Assembly (NCBI GenBank): GCA_963806035.1
Contig: CAWDWO010000034.1
Span: 1 to 25,519, forward strand
Direction: 5' to 3'
Source of the DNA: Candidatus Krumholzibacteriota bacterium
GTDB lineage: Bacteria > Krumholzibacteriota > Krumholzibacteriia > JAJRXK01
DNA length: 25,519 nt
Positions 12,138-20,217 of this stretch are shown here, piece after piece; positions within the stretch are counted from its first letter, which is position 1; every line of letters begins with the position of its first letter. Under the pieces are notes generated by a model. It was not told the origin of the DNA. It saw nothing but the letters and a program-made list of their open reading frames with translations, and ran no database searches. The position numbers and the translations under genes were made by a program.

Positions 12138-13604
12138 TTACCGTACCGCAGTGTCGATCCTCACGTCGATGCGGCGGTTCTTGCCGCGGCCCTCGGCCGT
12201 CTCGTTGCTGGCCAACGGCACGCTCGCACCGAAGCCGGCGGCGCTCAAGCGCGCCTCGTCCCCGCTCATGTTGGCGACGAGATAGCTGCGAACGGCCTCG
12301 GCGCGCTTCAAGCTCAGCGCCTGGTTGTACTGATCGTCTCCCACCGAGTCAGAGTGTCCCTCGACCTTCACGGGCGTCCCGGGGAAAGTGCGCAGGGCAC
12401 TCTGCAGCTTGGTCAGAAGTTGGAAATTCTGCGGCTCGATCACCGAGGATCCACTCTGGAAGGACAATCCGTAGAGCCGAATGATCAGGTTGTCTCCCTG
12501 CATCAGGACCGTGGCCTCGTCGCTGCCGAAGAGATTCTCCACCGATTTCAAATCACTGTTCCGCTTGGCGTTGGCAGCCAGGGCCAGGTCCGTCGAACGC
12601 GCCCGGTTTTCCAAACCCGCCAAGGTGGTGTCCAGGGAGTCGATGGTGGCGCTGGCCGCCGCCAGTCGGCGCTCGCGGTCCAGCAACTGGACCTGAAGAT
12701 CGGCGCGATCAGCGAGCAGGCTGCTGGCAGCACTTCCCACGGACTCGGCGACGGGCACAAATCCCCGGCTGTAATCCGCGCTGACCGCCAGGATTGTGGC
12801 AACCCCGCTGAGAGCGCTCTCATTGGCCAGGATCGACTTCTCGAGTTCGCCATCGTTCTTTTCACCGATCGTATCCACTTCCTTGGCGATCAGACGGGCA
12901 TGTTCGAAATCGAGCGCAGCCTGGCGAGCCAGATTTGCTGCTTTGTCCTGTTGGTAACGATCGCCTTTCAGAGTTTGCTCGGCACCCTGCAGTTCGCCAT
13001 CGGCCTTGCTGAAGGTCTTCGGCGCCTTGTCGTCGGCGTCGGCCTCGAGTGCGGCAGCACGTACCTTGTTGGCCTGGCCGAGCAGGTCGGTCCGGATCGC
13101 CTGCAACTCCGCCACGCGAAACAGCCCGGCAGCCTGGCTAGCCTTTTTGCGTGCTTGATTCTGGTTACCCTTCTCGATCTCGCGACCGGCCTCGCGCATG
13201 ATCTTTTTGGCGTCGTCCCACTCCTCGCGTGCGAATTGCGGCGCGTTTGCGTCGACGGCAGCCGCGAAAGCCGCCAGTGCATCCTCGAGCATGAGGCCGC
13301 CCACCCCTTCGAGTTGGTCGGCCCTGTCCAGCTTCGCTCCCGCTTGATTCAGCTTGTCGCGGATATCCTCGATCTTGCCTCCTTTTTTGAAACGTTCCTT
13401 GGCATCGGCCAGTTTACTTTGCGCCTCATCGAAGGCCTCGGGCGCGATGAGATCCAGGTGAGCCCCCATGGCGATGGCCACGCGGGTCTCGACGGCTGCG
13501 ATTTCCGACTCGATGCTCACCTGCTGGCCGGCGGCCGGCAAGGAGGCCAAGAGGATCACGCAGGCAATCGCCGCGAAGATCACTCGATACATTTTCTGCT
13601 CCAT
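12138..13604 (-). CDS. Exported OmpA-family peptidoglycan-binding protein with N-terminal helical (DUF4398-like) repeats and coiled coil
   Basis: Signal peptide (RVIFAAIACVILLASLPAAG) and C-terminal OmpA domain (FQSGSS, VEGHSDSVGDDQYNQALSLKRAEAV, NRRIDV). Start is 13604 (GGAGG upstream) or 13592. Confidence 0.85.
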   Translation of the reverse strand: MEQKMYRVIFAAIACVILLASLPAAGQQVSIESEIAAVETRVAIAMGAHLDLIAPEAFDEAQSKLADAKERFKKGGKIEDIRDKLNQAGAKLDRADQLEGVGGLMLEDALAAFAAAVDANAPQFAREEWDDAKKIMREAGREIEKGNQNQARKKASQAAGLFRVAELQAIRTDLLGQANKVRAAALEADADDKAPKTFSKADGELQGAEQTLKGDRYQQDKAANLARQAALDFEHARLIAKEVDTIGEKNDGELEKSILANESALSGVATILAVSADYSRGFVPVAESVGSAASSLLADRADLQVQLLDRERRLAAASATIDSLDTTLAGLENRARSTDLALAANAKRNSDLKSVENLFGSDEATVLMQGDNLIIRLYGLSFQSGSSVIEPQNFQLLTKLQSALRTFPGTPVKVEGHSDSVGDDQYNQALSLKRAEAVRSYLVANMSGDEARLSAAGFGASVPLASNETAEGRGKNRRIDVRIDTAVR

Positions 13605-13676
13605 TCGCCATCCCTCCAGGGTATTTCGGTTTTCGACGGGACCCGACACCGACGACTGTCGGCGCCGGCCCGGCGC

Positions 13677-14180
13677 TTAGTGGTAGAAGGTCCAGCCGAC
13701 GGTCACCTTGAGATCCGGCACGTCGTTCAAGCTGAGCTTGGCCTCGATGAAGAAGCGGTCGCCGTTATCCAGTCCCTTCTCGATCCCTCCCAGGAGATTG
13801 ACCCCCAGATCGGTGTGCGAGTGGTTCTCGTTCTTGTTGTCATAGCTCTTGATGTTGGCGCCGAGGCCGCCGCCCAGGTAGGGCGTCCACACGTCCCACT
13901 TTTCGCTGAAGCGATAGGCCGCCTCAGCATTGATCGTGAAGAGCTTGAGATGGTCCGACAGACCGAGTTCCACATTCGGCTGGAAGCGGACGTGCCTGGC
14001 GAAATTGCCGTAATCGACGTGGGCGCCGAAGTGGACCTGGTCCGGATCGACCGACAGACCGACCCGCGGCCCCCAGCCGCGGAAACCGACATCGCTCGAT
14101 GAATATTCGGCCCGGGCCGGAAGCGGTCCCAGACCCGCAATCAGGACGACCACCAGGAATGCCGTGAAAATCAATCTCAT
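13677..14180 (-). CDS. Small outer-membrane beta-barrel protein
   Basis: Signal peptide ending ARA, alternating beta pattern, PYLGGGLG strand, C-terminal VTVGWTFYH beta-signal-like end, GGGAGAG RBS. Confidence 0.8.
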   Translation of the reverse strand: MRLIFTAFLVVVLIAGLGPLPARAEYSSSDVGFRGWGPRVGLSVDPDQVHFGAHVDYGNFARHVRFQPNVELGLSDHLKLFTINAEAAYRFSEKWDVWTPYLGGGLGANIKSYDNKNENHSHTDLGVNLLGGIEKGLDNGDRFFIEAKLSLNDVPDLKVTVGWTFYH

Positions 14181-14212
14181 TCTTCTCTCCCTTGTTTTCG
14201 GCAGTGTGGGAA

Positions 14213-14866
14213 CTAGTTCTTTGCCACCAGCTGAACGCTGATGGGGGAATTCGTATTGACGTACAACTTCTGACCGGCCTCGAGCACCAGTTCGTCACCC
14301 TGGGTCGCGAGCATGACGATGACTCCCGCGCCAGCGCCAGCGCCGGCACCGATCGCGGCACCCTTACCCCCGCCGGCGATGCCGCCAACGAGTGCGCCAA
14401 GCACGGTGCCTGCCGCGATCCGCTCCACATCCGTCCCGGTCCCCGAGTCGGCTTCCAGGATGAGCGGTTGCGTGGAGATCGTGTGTGCCTTGCCGGCCGC
14501 ATCGAGGATCTCCTGGTACGCGAGGGTCATCCGGGCCCGACCACTGGCGCGGCCCGAAGCCTGGACGTCACGCAAGACGCCGTTTACACGGCTCCCCGAC
14601 GGGAAAATGGTCTGGCCGTCTACCACGATTGCTTCGATCGTCGTCGCGGAGAAGGCGCTGCCGGTGCGGGCCGTCTCGGTGCTGATCCGCTGGTCGAGGG
14701 TCGCGACGGTGCTGGTGCCACCGGGAACGACGACCGTCGCCGGGCTGCTTGCCTCCGACCGGGTATCACTCAGCTCAACCTGCTTCTTGTTGCAGCCGAC
14801 CTCGACGATCACCACGATCGCGAACAGAAGACCCAGTCCGGCGAGTTTCAGGGCAAAATTTTTCAT
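14213..14866 (-). CDS. Hypothetical lipoprotein with beta-rich domain and glycine zipper
   Basis: ATG at 14866 gives MKNFALKLAGLGLLFAIVVIVEVGC (lipobox-like Cys). Glycine zipper GTVLGALVGGIAGGGKGAAIGAGAGAGAG. The track's upstream extension to 15028 crosses the promoter. Confidence 0.75.
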   Translation of the reverse strand: MKNFALKLAGLGLLFAIVVIVEVGCNKKQVELSDTRSEASSPATVVVPGGTSTVATLDQRISTETARTGSAFSATTIEAIVVDGQTIFPSGSRVNGVLRDVQASGRASGRARMTLAYQEILDAAGKAHTISTQPLILEADSGTGTDVERIAAGTVLGALVGGIAGGGKGAAIGAGAGAGAGVIVMLATQGDELVLEAGQKLYVNTNSPISVQLVAKN

Positions 14867-14991
14867 GGCCTGTGGCCTCTCTTTCCTTGATTGACTCCCA
14901 CATATCCACTCACTTCGAGATGGTTGCAGGTGGAAACCCCTCATTTCGACTATCTTGTGTCGTGTGTCGTCGGGATTCTCATCCTTCCATG

Positions 14992-15007
14992 AGCAATCGC
15001 CGGACCC
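14992..15007 (-). promoter_or_regulatory. sigma54 -24/-12 promoter P1 (leftward operon)
   Basis: Minus strand GGGTCCGGCGATTGCT: GG-N10-GC with TTGCT. Confidence 0.6.
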
Positions 15008-15012
15008 GGCCC

Positions 15013-15025
15013 TAAGTGCTTGATT
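15013..15025 (-). promoter_or_regulatory. IHF site
   Basis: Minus strand AATCAAGCACTTA is a perfect match to WATCAANNNNTTR and lies between P1 and UAS pair A. Confidence 0.6.
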
Positions 15026-15063
15026 CATAAGGGCTGGAGTGGTAGCGCAGATCCAGTGATCCC

Positions 15064-15094
15064 GTCACAATGACGTAGTGCCGATCAAATAGAT
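15064..15094. promoter_or_regulatory. Putative enhancer (UAS) pair A
   Basis: GTCACAATGAC and ATCAAATAGAT, 20 bp apart. Confidence 0.6.
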
Positions 15095-15104
15095 GGAGCG
15101 GCGC

Positions 15105-16769
15105 ATGAGGATCGACGATCTGAACGTGAGCGAGTTGCTGGAGTTCGACTCCGAAGACGGAGTCGTCCGTTTCGCGGGCCAGCGCGCGGTCATCGTCGAC
15201 GGCATCGCCAACGGCAACCTCCGCAAGGAACTGGTCAACCAATTCGGATTGTCCACCGCCCGGGCCATCCTGACCCGCTTCGGTTACGTCCAGGGCTGGC
15301 GGATGGCCGACGCCATGCAGGATCTCTTCCAGTGGGAAAGCGAAGAAGATTGGCACCACGCGTGCGGACGCATCCACATGTTGGGTGGCATGTACCGCCT
15401 GTCACCGGGCCCGATCGGTTCACTGACCAAGGAAGGATTGACGCTAGTCGAGTCGTACGAGGCTGAGCAGCACATCGCCCATCTCGGAAGCTCTGACACC
15501 TCGGTATGCTGGACCATCTGTGGCTTGACCAGCGGCTACCTGAGCCGGGCGATGGGCAAGGAGATCTACGTCCTGGAAGAGCGCTGCATCGGCCGCGGCG
15601 ATGCCAATTGCCATCTGCTCGGCCGGACTCTCGCGGAATGGGGCGACAAGCGAGCCGACGAGATCCGCTTCTTCCGCGTCGAGAACCTCAAGGACTGGCT
15701 CGAACCATCGCTGCACCGAATCACCGAAGAGTTGAAGGAGGCCGAGAAGGAGCTGCGCATCAAGAAGCGCGTGGTGGCCAAGCTAGCCCCCTCCGTTGAC
15801 AACGAATTCGGAATCATTGCCCGTAGCACCGACATGCGCAAGGTCGTCGACCTCGCCCGGCGGATTGCGAAAGTGGACTGCACGGTTCTCATCACGGGCG
15901 AGAGCGGAGCCGGGAAGGAACTCATCGCGAACATGGTTCACCACGAATCAGCTCGCGCCGCGGGTCCATTCATCGCCGTCAACTGCGGCGCGATCACCGA
16001 GACTCTGCTCGAGAGTGAACTCTTCGGCCACGCCCGCGGTGCCTTCACTGGCGCGTCGCAGCAGCGGATCGGTCTGTTCGAGGCCGCCAACGGCGGAGTC
16101 CTGTTCCTCGATGAGATCGGCGACGTATCGCCCGGCATGCAGGTCAAACTGTTGCGGGCCCTGCAAGAGCACGAGATCCGTCGCGTGGGTGAGAGCAAGA
16201 GTCGGCCCTTCAACGTGCGGGTGATCGCCGCCACGAACCACGATCTCACGGAGGAGATCGAGGCCGGCCGTTTCCGCATCGATCTGTTCTACCGGCTCAA
16301 CGTGGTGCAGCTGCACGTCCCGCCGTTGCGGGATCGGCGGGAGGACATTCTGCCTCTGGCGCGCGTGCTACTGACCAACGCGGCGCAGAGTTCCTCACGC
16401 ACGGTGACCGGGTTGTCGCCGCGGGCCGCCGACCAGCTCCTGCGCTACGACTGGCCGGGCAACGTGCGGGAACTGGAGAACGCCATGGAACGGGCCGTGG
16501 CCATCGGCCGCAGCGGTCTCGTGGAATTCGACGAGTTGCCGGAAGAAGTGCGGCGCGCGGTTCCGGTGCCCTCGTCTGGCGGCCCCGTACGCAAGCTCAA
16601 GGATATCGAGAAGGACTACATCCTGACGGTGCTCCACCTCAACGACGGCAACCAGGCGCGCACGGCGCGGGAACTCGGGATCGGTTCGGCCACGCTCTAT
16701 CGCAAGCTCAAGGCCTACGACGCCGGCGAGCCCGGGGGCTTTGACGAAGAGAACGGAGACTCGCGGTAG
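15105..16769 (+). CDS. sigma54-dependent activator, XylR/DmpR type (XylR_N + V4R + AAA+ + Fis HTH)
   Basis: N-terminal LEFDSEDGVVRFAGQRAVI, V4R VCWTICG...EERCIGRGDANC, Walker A GESGAGKE, ESELFGH..GAFTGA, FLDEIG, WPGNVRELEN, HTH GNQARTARELGIGSATLYRKL. GGAG precedes ATG 15105 (track start 15093). Confidence 0.95.
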   Translation: MRIDDLNVSELLEFDSEDGVVRFAGQRAVIVDGIANGNLRKELVNQFGLSTARAILTRFGYVQGWRMADAMQDLFQWESEEDWHHACGRIHMLGGMYRLSPGPIGSLTKEGLTLVESYEAEQHIAHLGSSDTSVCWTICGLTSGYLSRAMGKEIYVLEERCIGRGDANCHLLGRTLAEWGDKRADEIRFFRVENLKDWLEPSLHRITEELKEAEKELRIKKRVVAKLAPSVDNEFGIIARSTDMRKVVDLARRIAKVDCTVLITGESGAGKELIANMVHHESARAAGPFIAVNCGAITETLLESELFGHARGAFTGASQQRIGLFEAANGGVLFLDEIGDVSPGMQVKLLRALQEHEIRRVGESKSRPFNVRVIAATNHDLTEEIEAGRFRIDLFYRLNVVQLHVPPLRDRREDILPLARVLLTNAAQSSSRTVTGLSPRAADQLLRYDWPGNVRELENAMERAVAIGRSGLVEFDELPEEVRRAVPVPSSGGPVRKLKDIEKDYILTVLHLNDGNQARTARELGIGSATLYRKLKAYDAGEPGGFDEENGDSR

Positions 16770-16853
16770 AGCCCGCGGTCCGGTCCCGCCCAAGGCCACT
16801 TTGCGAGCTTCCACTGCTGCTCACTCCGCAACGGAATCTCCAAGCTAAAGTGC

Positions 16854-16884
16854 ATCATTATGATGGGGGCGTGTTCAATACGAT
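16854..16884. promoter_or_regulatory. Putative enhancer (UAS) pair B
   Basis: ATCATTATGAT and TTCAATACGAT, 20 bp apart. Confidence 0.6.
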
Positions 16885-16921
16885 CATGGCCCGAGTGGGG
16901 CAAACCGCAAAGTCGGGCTCG

Positions 16922-16934
16922 AATCATGGGTTTG
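16922..16934 (+). promoter_or_regulatory. IHF-like site
   Basis: AATCATGGGTTTG, one mismatch to WATCAANNNNTTR. Confidence 0.45.
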
Positions 16935-16948
16935 GACGCCGTTTCGCG

Positions 16949-16964
16949 CGGCACATCGATTGCG
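16949..16964 (+). promoter_or_regulatory. sigma54 -24/-12 promoter P2
   Basis: CGGCACATCGATTGCG closely matches YGGCAC-N5-TTGC, about 95 bp upstream of the 17059 start. Confidence 0.8.
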
Positions 16965-17058
16965 CTCCGAGGAGTTGATCGATTCGCAGGAGCCGGGGTC
17001 ATTCCTGGGTATGTTCCCAGCCGATCCGCCGGCCCTCGCGCCCTAAAAGGAGCAGCTC

Positions 17059-17505
17059 ATGAGATCACCTGCAAGGTTCACCAAGCGATACCGGAGGCTC
17101 GCCCTCGCGGTACTCACCATCGCCGCCCTCGGCGTCGTTTTCTTCCCCTTGGCCGCTCGCGCCACGGGATCCGACCTGACGACCCAAGCCCAGCGGACCG
17201 TGATCAGCGACCAGGAAATCCAGGCCGCGATCGACGGCAAAATCGACCAGGCCACGGCCGACCGCCAGGCGATCCAACTGATGTTGCAGCGTCAGGATGT
17301 CCGCCGGGTGGCTGGAGCAGCCGGTCTGGATCTCAAGCGGGCCAGCGCCGCCGCCGCAGTCCTGTCGGGTTCGTCTCTGGAGAGATTGGCCGCGCAGGCC
17401 AGGACGGTCAACGAGAGTGGTATCGTGGGTGGAGATGAGAAAATCGTCATCACGACGACCGGGCTCATCATCATCTTGCTGATCCTCATCCTGCTGCTGA
17501 ACTGA
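17059..17505 (+). CDS. PA2779-like exported protein with Gly-Gly motif and very hydrophobic C-terminus
   Basis: AAGGAG RBS, signal peptide ending ARA, LQRQDVRRVAGAAGLDLKRASAAAAVLSGSSLERLAAQ...IVGG followed by DEKIVITTTGLIIILLILILLLN. Adjacent to a C39-like peptidase, as known for PA2779/PA2778. Confidence 0.75.
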   Translation: MRSPARFTKRYRRLALAVLTIAALGVVFFPLAARATGSDLTTQAQRTVISDQEIQAAIDGKIDQATADRQAIQLMLQRQDVRRVAGAAGLDLKRASAAAAVLSGSSLERLAAQARTVNESGIVGGDEKIVITTTGLIIILLILILLLN

Positions 17506-17514
17506 ATCCGGCCC

Positions 17515-19599
17515 ATGATAGCTCGGGCGTTTGCGGTCGTGGCTCCGGTGGTGGTGCTCGCCATTGTTCTGGCTAGCTGCGCGGCCGCCGGCACGACCCC
17601 ACCTGGTTCCTTTGAGGTCCAGGATAAATTACAGGTGCTGGACGTGCCGTACGTGCCCCAGAGCGGTGCATTGTGCGGGGGAGCAGCGCTTGCGATGGTC
17701 CTGCGCTATTGGGGCGAGAGTGGAGTTCTGGCGGAAGACTTTACCGCGCTGGTGGAACCGAGCCAGCGCGGTATTAGTACCGGGTCCCTCACCCATGCCG
17801 TCACGGCGCGTGGCTGGATGTCTCTGAGCTTGCCGGGCACGCCGGACGGGGTTCGGGACGAACTGGCCCGGGGTCGCCCCGTCATCGCACTGCTGCAAAT
17901 GGGCAGCGACACCTATCATTACGTGGTGATCGTGGCCTGGGCCAAGGACTGGGTGCTCGTCCACGATCCCAAGATCGGTCCCTTGCGGGTCTTGCCCGCC
18001 GCCGAGTTTCTCAAGGCCTGGACCGACGCAGGTTCCTGGGCCCTGCTGATTCTGCCGCCCGCGACGACCGTCGGACGCGCCACGGCCGATGCCTCCCCGG
18101 TGGTCACCGAGTCATCCGATTCCCGCGCTCCATGCGACACACTGGTCCAGCAGGGCCTCCGCCTGGCCACTGAAGGCACGGTCGAGGGAGCCGAGCGCGC
18201 GTTCCTCGCCGCTCAATCCCTGTGCCCGAGCTACGCAGTCCCCCTGCGCGAACGCGCGGGGCTGCGATTCAGCAGCGGCGACTGGGCCGGTGCGAGCCGT
18301 CTGTCGGAACGTGCCCTCGAACTCGACCCTTTCGATACCCACGCCCGACGCTTGCTCGCCGGCAGCCGATTTCTGGCCGGGGATGTGGTGGGCGCGCTGC
18401 GCGCCTGGAATCACCTATCCGGTCCGAGAGCCGATTTGACTCGCATCGACGGCCTCGCCCGCACCCGCTATGCGATCGTGGCCCGTCAACTGGATCTGCC
18501 GCCGGGCTGTCTGATCACTCCCGAAGCTTTCCTGCGCGCGCGGCGGCGCCTGTCCGAAGTGCCGGCAATGACGGATTTCCGGCTGGATCTCCATCCCCTG
18601 CCGGACAGCGCCGCCCAGCTGGATGTGTCCGTGCTGGAGCGGCCGCTGTTGGCGGCCAGCCGCTGGGATCTCACCCGGGCCGGGGGCCGGGCCCTGATCG
18701 AGCGGGAGGTTTCGGTCGACCTGGCCAGCCCCACCGGCAACGGAGAACTTTGGACGGCAGCCTGGCGTTGGTGGCAAAACCGTCCGCGCGTCGCGTTGAC
18801 GTTGGCGGTGCCGGCGGTCGTCGGCCGCCCCGGACTGTGGCGAGTGGAGGGCTCTTGGGAACGTCAGACTTATGTGGCCCGCGCAGCTGAGGGCGCATCG
18901 GTGACTGCCGTCGGGGAATTGAGCCGGGAAGAGCGCCGCCGCACCGTCCTCTCCTTCGCGGACTGGCTCGGATCCGATCTGCGCTTCAAACTCGCAACAG
19001 CGCTGGACCGGTGGGCCGGCCGAGGCGACCACTTGGCGCTCTCCGGGGCGGTCGAGTCACTCTGGGCCCGCGATCGCCTGAGCCTGACCGTGGCCGGGGG
19101 CCGATGGCTCAGCCTTCGCGGCGGAGCCCCGTTCTCCAGCGCCGACGCACTCTTGCGTTGGCGCTCCGCTGATCCCTCGGCGCATGCCCCCTTTTGGCTG
19201 AGCAGCGTCGGTCTCTCCCACGCCAGCGCGACCGCGCCGCTGGCCCTATGGTCCGGAGCGGGCACCGGATACGGACGCGCGCCACTCTTGCGAGCTCATC
19301 CCCTGCTCGATGGGGGCGTCGTCACAGGCCAGGTCTTCGGTCGCACGCTGGTGTATTCATCCCTCGAAGCGGAGCTGACGCGATGGCACCGCGGGCCCTT
19401 GGTGCTGGGCTGGGCCGTTTTTGTCGACACCGCCCGCGCTTGGGAGACCGGCCGCGCCGGCAAGGTCGCGTGGCAGGTGGACGGCGGCACGGGTCTGCGT
19501 GTCCGCTGCCTCGGCCTGAAGGGCCAGCTCCGACTCGATGTTGCCCACGGGTTCAGCGACGACAACGGAGCTGTCTCCGTTGGCTGGCAAGTTCCCTGA
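17515..19599 (+). CDS. Peptidase C39-like domain + TPR + POTRA-like + Omp85/TamA-like beta-barrel fusion; possible lipoprotein
   Basis: LASC lipobox (C22), VPYVPQSGALCGGAALAMVLRYWG (Q49, C54), YHYVV (H135), VHDP (D151), TPR-like ERALELDP, POTRA-like IDGLARTRYAIVARQLDL...ARRRLSE...LDVSVLERP, barrel-like end FVDTARAW...DGGTGLRV...LRLDVAHG...VSVGW. Confidence 0.75.
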   Translation: MIARAFAVVAPVVVLAIVLASCAAAGTTPPGSFEVQDKLQVLDVPYVPQSGALCGGAALAMVLRYWGESGVLAEDFTALVEPSQRGISTGSLTHAVTARGWMSLSLPGTPDGVRDELARGRPVIALLQMGSDTYHYVVIVAWAKDWVLVHDPKIGPLRVLPAAEFLKAWTDAGSWALLILPPATTVGRATADASPVVTESSDSRAPCDTLVQQGLRLATEGTVEGAERAFLAAQSLCPSYAVPLRERAGLRFSSGDWAGASRLSERALELDPFDTHARRLLAGSRFLAGDVVGALRAWNHLSGPRADLTRIDGLARTRYAIVARQLDLPPGCLITPEAFLRARRRLSEVPAMTDFRLDLHPLPDSAAQLDVSVLERPLLAASRWDLTRAGGRALIEREVSVDLASPTGNGELWTAAWRWWQNRPRVALTLAVPAVVGRPGLWRVEGSWERQTYVARAAEGASVTAVGELSREERRRTVLSFADWLGSDLRFKLATALDRWAGRGDHLALSGAVESLWARDRLSLTVAGGRWLSLRGGAPFSSADALLRWRSADPSAHAPFWLSSVGLSHASATAPLALWSGAGTGYGRAPLLRAHPLLDGGVVTGQVFGRTLVYSSLEAELTRWHRGPLVLGWAVFVDTARAWETGRAGKVAWQVDGGTGLRVRCLGLKGQLRLDVAHGFSDDNGAVSVGWQVP

Positions 19600-19606
19600 G
19601 GCAACC

Positions 19607-19637
19607 CTCACAATGATCGCCGCCCCTTCTTTATGAT
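19607..19637. promoter_or_regulatory. Putative enhancer (UAS) pair C
   Basis: CTCACAATGAT and TTCTTTATGAT, 20 bp apart. Confidence 0.6.
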
Positions 19638-19662
19638 GGAGTCGTTGGCCCCGCTTTTTATC

Positions 19663-19675
19663 TAAGTCGTTGCCA
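19663..19675 (-). promoter_or_regulatory. IHF-like site
   Basis: Minus strand tggCAACGACTTA keeps the CAA-N4-TTA core, with an A/T tract next to it. Confidence 0.35.
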
Positions 19676-19692
19676 TGACATCATCTTGGCGC

Positions 19693-19708
19693 TGGCACGA
19701 TTGTGGCA
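19693..19708 (+). promoter_or_regulatory. sigma54 -24/-12 promoter P3
   Basis: TGGCACGATTGTGGCA, one mismatch to TGGCACGNNNNTTGCW. Confidence 0.75.
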
Positions 19709-19829
19709 CATCCCGCTCGTGTCTGTGAATACCGCCAATCCGGAAATTCACCAGGGGGCTTCGTTCCCATACTCAAAGGGAACACGGTCGTGAGGGCGGT
19801 GGGACAGATACGACCTTGGGAATGAAACC

Positions 19830-20111
19830 GTGATCGATGATGCGGCAGCCCACAGATTCGAGGCCCAGTTCACCCTTTGGCACAAAGAGATCGAGAAACG
19901 TGAGGCCCGGCTGCTGACCCCCGAACGCGCGCCCAGGTTCGCGGCGGTCCTGCATGTGGACGAATTGAGAGTCCTGCTGGCCACGGCGCGCGCCAGGTTC
20001 GAGGCCCTCCAGGCCAACCCAACAGGTCCCCAGGATCTTCTGACGGTTCAATTCGAGCTTGCCTGGAAGGAACTCGCGGCCGCCATCGGCCGACGGATGC
20101 CGCGGCCTTAG
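19830..20111 (+). CDS. Small coiled-coil protein resembling sll1863-type stress proteins
   Basis: Pattern EAQFxxWxxEIE...VDELR..LATARARFEALQA...FELAWKELAAAI. GTG start; first gene after P3. Confidence 0.55.
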   Translation: MIDDAAAHRFEAQFTLWHKEIEKREARLLTPERAPRFAAVLHVDELRVLLATARARFEALQANPTGPQDLLTVQFELAWKELAAAIGRRMPRP

Positions 20112-20217
20112 AGGGCCGCAAGATCGAGACGGGGCGGAACGCCGCTCCGGTGCAGATTCCGTGCGGTTGGGGAATCAGTTCCCAACCCCGGCGAACCGAA
20201 GAACGAGGAGGATTGTC

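Noticed and set aside
12123..14102. 659-aa plus-strand ORF
   Set aside because: Antisense shadow of two well-supported minus-strand genes; no recognisable motifs; expected from GC-rich codon bias.
14867..15028. N-terminal extension of the 14213 ORF
   Set aside because: It overlaps P1 and the IHF site; the signal peptide begins at 14866.
16895..16920. GGGCAAACC...GCAAAG resembling a c-di-GMP-I riboswitch
   Set aside because: It lacks the GAAA-capped stem and the second stem, and it lies upstream of promoter P2.
17089..17110. Tat signal in YRRLAL
   Set aside because: Poor match to S/T-RRxFLK; the long hydrophobic core and AxA site fit Sec export.
20059..20217. N-terminal extension of the lmo0937-family ORF in the track
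   Set aside because: The family start MLWTI at 20218 has a strong RBS, and the extension overlaps the upstream gene.
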